From Cyanophora paradoxa CCMP329 (taxonomy: Eukaryota > Plantae > Glaucophyta), in NCBI GenBank assembly GCA_004431415.1, contig QPMI01000417.1, forward strand, positions 124,001-188,000: a stretch of 64,000 bases of DNA. Direction: 5' to 3'. Below, piece after piece: positions 59,072 to 64,000 of this stretch. How positions within the stretch are numbered: position 1 is the stretch's first letter; each line of letters begins with the position of its first letter. A program made the position numbers and the translations under genes. The notes under the pieces were generated by a model, which saw only the letters and a program-made list of their open reading frames with translations, ran no database searches and was not told the DNA's origin.

Positions 59072-60234
59072 CGCTATACCCACCGGCTAATAGTTCGATA
59101 TCGTGCTGTATACATACTCATCTGTATAGTCTACCAATTAACTCAATGTGCAGGCGCCAAAATATTTTTGCTTGCTCGCAAAAACTGATCGCATGATTTA
59201 GCCGAGTGCATTAAATATTCGCTGTTATTCACAGGGTATTTACATGCATCGCTCGAGATAAAGAATGCACCGAATTGAGGTAAGATGGCGTTGCTATGCG
59301 TTGATCATGATCATGACGTCTACGGGTTCTCGCTCTCGCGCGCGCAGATCATGTTGACGCGCCCGGAGGGCGTCACGGTGACCGACTTCTGGTAGGGCCC
59401 GCAGATGCCGAGGGGCGGGTTGTAGGGCCCGCGGAAGACCACCGCCCGGGGGGGCGGGCTGCCTGGAAATTGAATGTTAATTTCAGCAGGCTCAACGCAA
59501 GTGGCGCTCGAATTTCGCACCTTCGACGAGGACTCCGTGCACGACAATTCGGAACGTGCCGCCCGTGGGGTCGTTCGGCCTGCAAGCGTTCGGAAACTTT
59601 CGAGTTCGGCTCTTGCAGCTCGCGCAGGTGCGCGGATACACGGGCGGCGGACGCTATACCCACCGGCTAATAGTTCGATATCGTGCTGTATACATACTCA
59701 TCTGTATAGTCTACCAATTAACTCAATGTGCAGGCGCCAAAATATTTTTGCTTGCTCGCAAAAACTGATCGCATGATTTAGCCGAGTGCATTAAATATTC
59801 GCTGTTATTCACAGGGTATTTACATGCATCGCTCGAGATAAAGAATGCACCGAATTGAGGTAAGATGGCGTTGCTATGCGTTGATCATGATCATGACGTC
59901 TACGGGTTCTCGCTCTCGCGCGCGCAGATCATGTTGACGCGCCCGGAGGGCGTCACGGTGACCGACTTCTGGTAGGGCCCGCAGATGCCGAGGGGCGGGT
60001 TGTAGGGCCCGCGGAAGACCACCGCCCGGGGGGGCGGGCTGCCTGGAAATTGAATGTTAATTTCAGCAGGCTCAACGCAAGTGGCGCTCGAATTTCGCAC
60101 CTTCGACGAGGACTCCGTGCACGACAATTCGGAACGTGCCGCCCGTGGGGTCGTTCGGCCTGCAAGCGTTCGGAAACTTTCGAGTTCGGCTCTTGCAGCT
60201 CGCGCAGGTGCGCGGATACACGGGCGGCGGACGC
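59072..60234. repeat. 580-bp tandem duplication, identical by eye
   Basis: 59072-59651 repeats at 59652-60231, with CGC microhomology at the junction. Confidence 0.95.
59320..59580 (-). pseudogene. Duplicated copy of exons 3-4 of the secreted-protein gene
   Basis: Lies in the second 580-bp unit and lacks exons 1-2. Confidence 0.6.
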
Positions 60235-60525
60235 ACGTCGTTACCCAGATCGAATCGGTCACCTGGAACTTGCCGAACTGCAGCCCCGGCGCCTGGCAGC
60301 AGGGCGCAGGAAGGTCGAGGACGCAGCCGACGCAGAAGTCGCGAATGATCCGCGCGCCTTCTGCGCAAAGGGCTGGGGTCAACATGTAAAAAAGGCGCTT
60401 TCGAATTCTCGGATATCGATGGAGCTCGAGTTTTTCGCACCATTGTCGGGCTCCGTTCCGCCGGCGTCAGCCGATGCGACGAGCGCCAGCGCGAGAAGCA
60501 GCGCGATAGCGTATTTTGGGGCCAT
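59900..60525 (-). CDS. Small secreted Cys-containing protein (4 exons)
   Basis: MAPKYAIALLLALALVASADAGG..FCVGCVLDLPAPCCQAPG..WVTTPNDPTGGTFRIVVHGVLVEGSPPPRAVVFRGPYNPPLGICGPYQKSVTVTPSGRVNMICARESENP*. Confidence 0.8.
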
Positions 60526-60918
60526 AGCGCAGCTGCAGGGGCAGCAGACAACGAAATATCTAGAGGAGCTTCTATAGCTAGAGGATCCCCCGTCACCTTC
60601 CCCCCCCCCCCCCCCCCCCCCCCCGTCTTTCGTGTACCTCGACCTCTTGTTCGATCGTCTTGCATGAATTATGAATTCGAAATTCCCCGTTCATGTTTTC
60701 ATATATATACACGTCCTCTCGAACGATAACTCCAATTCTAGCTTCTAGGACCTCGGAGCTAACTCGAGCAAGAGCTCGATCGCGAGCAGGAGCTTCTAGC
60801 TATATATAGAGGACTCGAGCTGCATCTTTCGCGAGAAATGTTTGGCGCCAGCCTGCCCTCCCGCACGCATCCAGCAGAGACACGCGCTCCAGTTTCGGCA
60901 CGGGCTCTATCAGCCGCC

Positions 60919-62531
60919 ATGTGCGATAACGATGCGGCAGCTGCGGCTGCGGCTGGGCGGGGCGATCGGGACCGCGAGCGCAGAGTTGACGTCAACCGCG
61001 ACCGCGGCTGCGAGCCGCAGCCTGTCGAGCACGGGCAGCTGCACCGGATGCGCGAGGAGCACCTGCCCGGTGCTCCGATCATGATCGCTGCTCATATCGT
61101 ACGCTCTAAATTTAATCTAATTGAAGCGAACGACGCGCAGGAACGGAAGGCGCGGGGCGCACGAAGCACGTCCGTTGACGCTTCCCGATGCCCAAGTTTA
61201 AGTGCGTGCCGACGAGCTGCAGATATTCTTTCACGGCACGACGCGCGCGCGGGCGGAACGCATTCTGGAGCACGGCTTCCGCAACTCGCAGAACGGCACG
61301 CTCGGTGCGCTTACGCTCATCTTCCGATGTCATTTTCCTCAATTTTCGCGCTTGACCGGCAATCGCACTAGGCGAGGGAGTTTATCTTGCAGACCCCAGG
61401 CACGCGCATCAGGCCTGAAGCTAGCTTAGGTCTCCCTTCGATTCAAGCTCTCCTCAACTCAAACTAGAGGCGTCCCGGTGCCGTGCGCAGAAAGGCGGCC
61501 CTGTACGCCGTCCGATGCGCGGACGGCCACCCCGACGAGAGGGGGCCCGCCGTCGTCGAGGTGCCGCGGATCGAATTCTCTTTTTGAAGTTCGAATTAAT
61601 TATAAATGATTTTGCCGCTCGCGCGGGGGCAGGCGCTCGTCGAGTGCGAGGAGCCCGCGCTCTACCGCGGCAAGGTGAATTGTTCAGACTAATCTCTGCC
61701 GCTGATGTGCAATATATTGGAAGATGAATTGATTCTTGAGGCGCAGGATCCGGAGGGCCGATACCGGAAGGAAGGGCACGACGGGTTCGCACGTGCACGC
61801 GGCCCGCGGCCGGCCGAACGCGGCTCGGGTTTTACTCAGAGTACATATAATTTCCCCGTATATTCGATCTTCGATCTTCGATCTTCCCCGCCTTGTGCTT
61901 GTGCATGTGTCCGCCCTGGCTCGGCGGCTTGCCCTTCTCTTGGGCGTGAGCTCGAAATTATAAAAGCTTAGCTCAGCGGCTCATCTTTAGTTCCGCTTGG
62001 CTAATTCGTTTCTAATTCCTTGCTGGCAGGGCCTTCCTCCCGCCCGGGATCGCGGACCCCGACTTCGAGGGCGAGTTCATTTCCGACCGCTCCAAGTGCA
62101 AGGCGCGCCGTCTCTAAGCGGCTTCCTCGCCCTACTAATTACTCGTCCGGCTTCCTTTATAATTACTCTAATTACTTCCTCTCGGCAGAATATTACTCTC
62201 CCTACTAATTACTCGTATATTTTTGCCCAAGTCGCCACAGAGGAATGAAATTACACGCCAGATATCGCAAATTAAACGCTCGTGCGCATTTGACGACGCG
62301 ACCGGTACCGCGTTTCACGACGCTCGCGCGCAGGCCCGGCGGCTCATCTCGATCGAGGACGCGAACGCGATTTTCGCGGCGGACGCGTACGCGGCGCCAG
62401 TTTCGCAATCGGCGGCGGGATCCGGATTCGAAAGGGGTTCGAATTCGGACGGGCCCGCGGCGGCGGCGGGCCAGGGCGCCGGGGATCGACCGGATCCGGA
62501 CTCTGGCGTTCCCGGCTGCGCAACTGGCTGA
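60919..62531 (+). CDS. Gig2-like / PARP-fold ADP-ribosyltransferase; termini approximate
   Basis: Spliced IFFHGTTRARAERILEHGFRNSQNGTLGEGVYLADPRKAALYAVRCADGHPDERGPAVVEALVECEEP..RAFLPPGIADPDFEGEFISDRSK, with HGT, GxGVY and late acidic motifs. Confidence 0.82.
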
Positions 62532-63418
62532 TTAAGATTCATGATCATGTACATGCTGTCGTTAAATTAAAGCTCAAGGATGATGAAAGCTCACGATCAA
62601 GTGGAACTGAGCTGAATTTCTTCGTTTTCGAATTCTGAGCACTTTCATGAAAGTTCGATTATTTATATAAATATTGATGTGGTTTCCGGAGGGGATCGTC
62701 GTAATAGTTTTACGGACACTCGCCCCAACCGAGGGACGCATTTCAGTCCGGTGTCTTACGGCGTCTTTAATTTGGTATATGTACTCCTGGACCCCGCCCC
62801 CCCGCCCCCCCCCCCCCCCGCCCCTTCCCCCCCCCCCGCCCTAGCCTTCCCCCCTCCCGCCCCTACCCCCCTCCCGCCCCTAGCCTTCCCCCCCTCCCGC
62901 CCCTAGCCTTTCCCCCCTCCTGGCGTCGCTGCCCGGCGGGGCACCGGTCTTCGAAACCTTTCTCTTGCAATTGGGATTCAATCCGGGCGATACGTGCCGA
63001 CAGTATTAATATTGCAGCTTGGAAGCAGCCTGGTCCGCAGCACTTCGAATCGCCGCTACTTTAGATCGATATCTGATTGGCCTAACTCTCGCCACTGGCC
63101 CAGTGGGCCAACCGGTACGTTAACCCCGCCCGGCCGCCTCAGCGCCTGAAGCTGCGCCCATCATGTTCCGATGCGAAGATTCCGAAAAGTTCTGTGCATT
63201 CGTGCATGCGCAAACGCGATAAATATCGATCAGCTGTCCTTTGGATTCGAAACACGAAAGCGATGCAATAATGTATTTATTCTGCACGTATTCTAGTATA
63301 GCGAGAAACGCTTGCGAGTTTATTGTAGCTGCAGCTGCCTGTTGTTTGTAATCATTGAATACCGGATATCTAAAAGCGCTGCCGTTAAAAAAGTCCAAGA
63401 ACCGAAATCGAAAGATGC

Positions 63419-64000
63419 ATGTATCGAGGGTACAATCATCCCGATCAGGCTTTCAAGCAGTGGTCTCACATTTCGAGGGCGAACGCAGCCGCAGCCACGA
63501 GGAACGCGGCGAGGCCAGCGAGGAGCGGGCTCGCCTGCTGCGCGGCCGCCGCGCCCATCGCCGGCCAGTACGGCACGCCCGGATCCCACATTGGACGCTG
63601 CCCGGGGAATTTAAAAGGCCGTCAACCTCGAGCTCGGGGGCCGGAGCTGCGAGGTGCAGCGGGCGGGTCGGAGCGGGGCGGGGCGGGCGCACCGGCGAGG
63701 GCGCGGGTGATGGTGGAGCCGGTGACGTTGAAGCCGGAGATACTAAGGGCGCCCGAGGCGGCCAGCGCCCGCAGCCGCGCCTCCGCCGCTCCCCCTCCCC
63801 CTCGTTTCGTTTGCCGTCTTATCCGGCGCCCTCCGCCCTCTCGTCCCGCAGACGGCGTGAATGCATTCGCCCTCACCCCCGCCTCCGTCTTCTCATGCTC
63901 CCGCGAAAAGGTGCGCGGGTGGGGTACATAGAGAGAGGGCGTAGCGGCGGGGCGCGGGCGGGGCGGGGCTGACGGGCGGGGCGCAGCCGATCATGATCAA
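63419..64000 (+). CDS. 5' part of an unknown spliced gene running off the window
   Basis: Canonical intron near 63911-63986 (GTGCGC..CTGAC..GCAG) flanked by the exon GVNAFALTPASVFSCSREK; start codon uncertain. Confidence 0.4.

Noticed and set aside
62130-62215. ctaattactc repeats
   Set aside because: Short intronic minisatellite with no evidence of function
62790-62920. CCCTAG-containing C-rich repeats as interstitial telomere
   Set aside because: Units (ccctagccttccccc..) are irregular and do not form a tandem CCCTAA-type array

Overview
Eukaryotic, intron-dense nuclear DNA, not prokaryotic. Introns are mostly 55-90 nt with GTGCG/GTACC/GCGAG donors, a CTGAC-type branch point and GCAG acceptors, so the ORF track is mostly shadow ORFs. 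I assembled genes by hand using splice phase. A plastid ribulose-5-phosphate 3-epimerase with an MAF-type transit peptide points to an archaeplastid alga, most likely the glaucophyte Cyanophora or a relative (inference). About 18 genes are supported: aldo-keto reductase, a giant MLKL-like 4-helix-bundle plus beta-helix protein, two tail-to-tail fibrous proteins built from tandem exon+intron arrays, an internally duplicated membrane protein, acylphosphatase, PP1 inhibitor-3, F-box/LRR, a small micro-exon protein, SET domain, DUF1992, RPE, tandem 2Fe-2S ferredoxin, a PAATEEK-repeat protein, a Kelch/mucin/TRP-like membrane protein, a small secreted Cys protein and a Gig2-like ADP-ribosyltransferase. 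There is also a TA-flanked MITE and a 580-bp tandem duplication. The most notable observations are: two sequence compartments (GC-rich gene bodies carrying a GTACCCC motif versus lower-GC islands holding immune-like genes), a probable 1-nt exon, a 6-nt exon, and many GC-AG introns. All gene models and family calls are by eye, with no database search.
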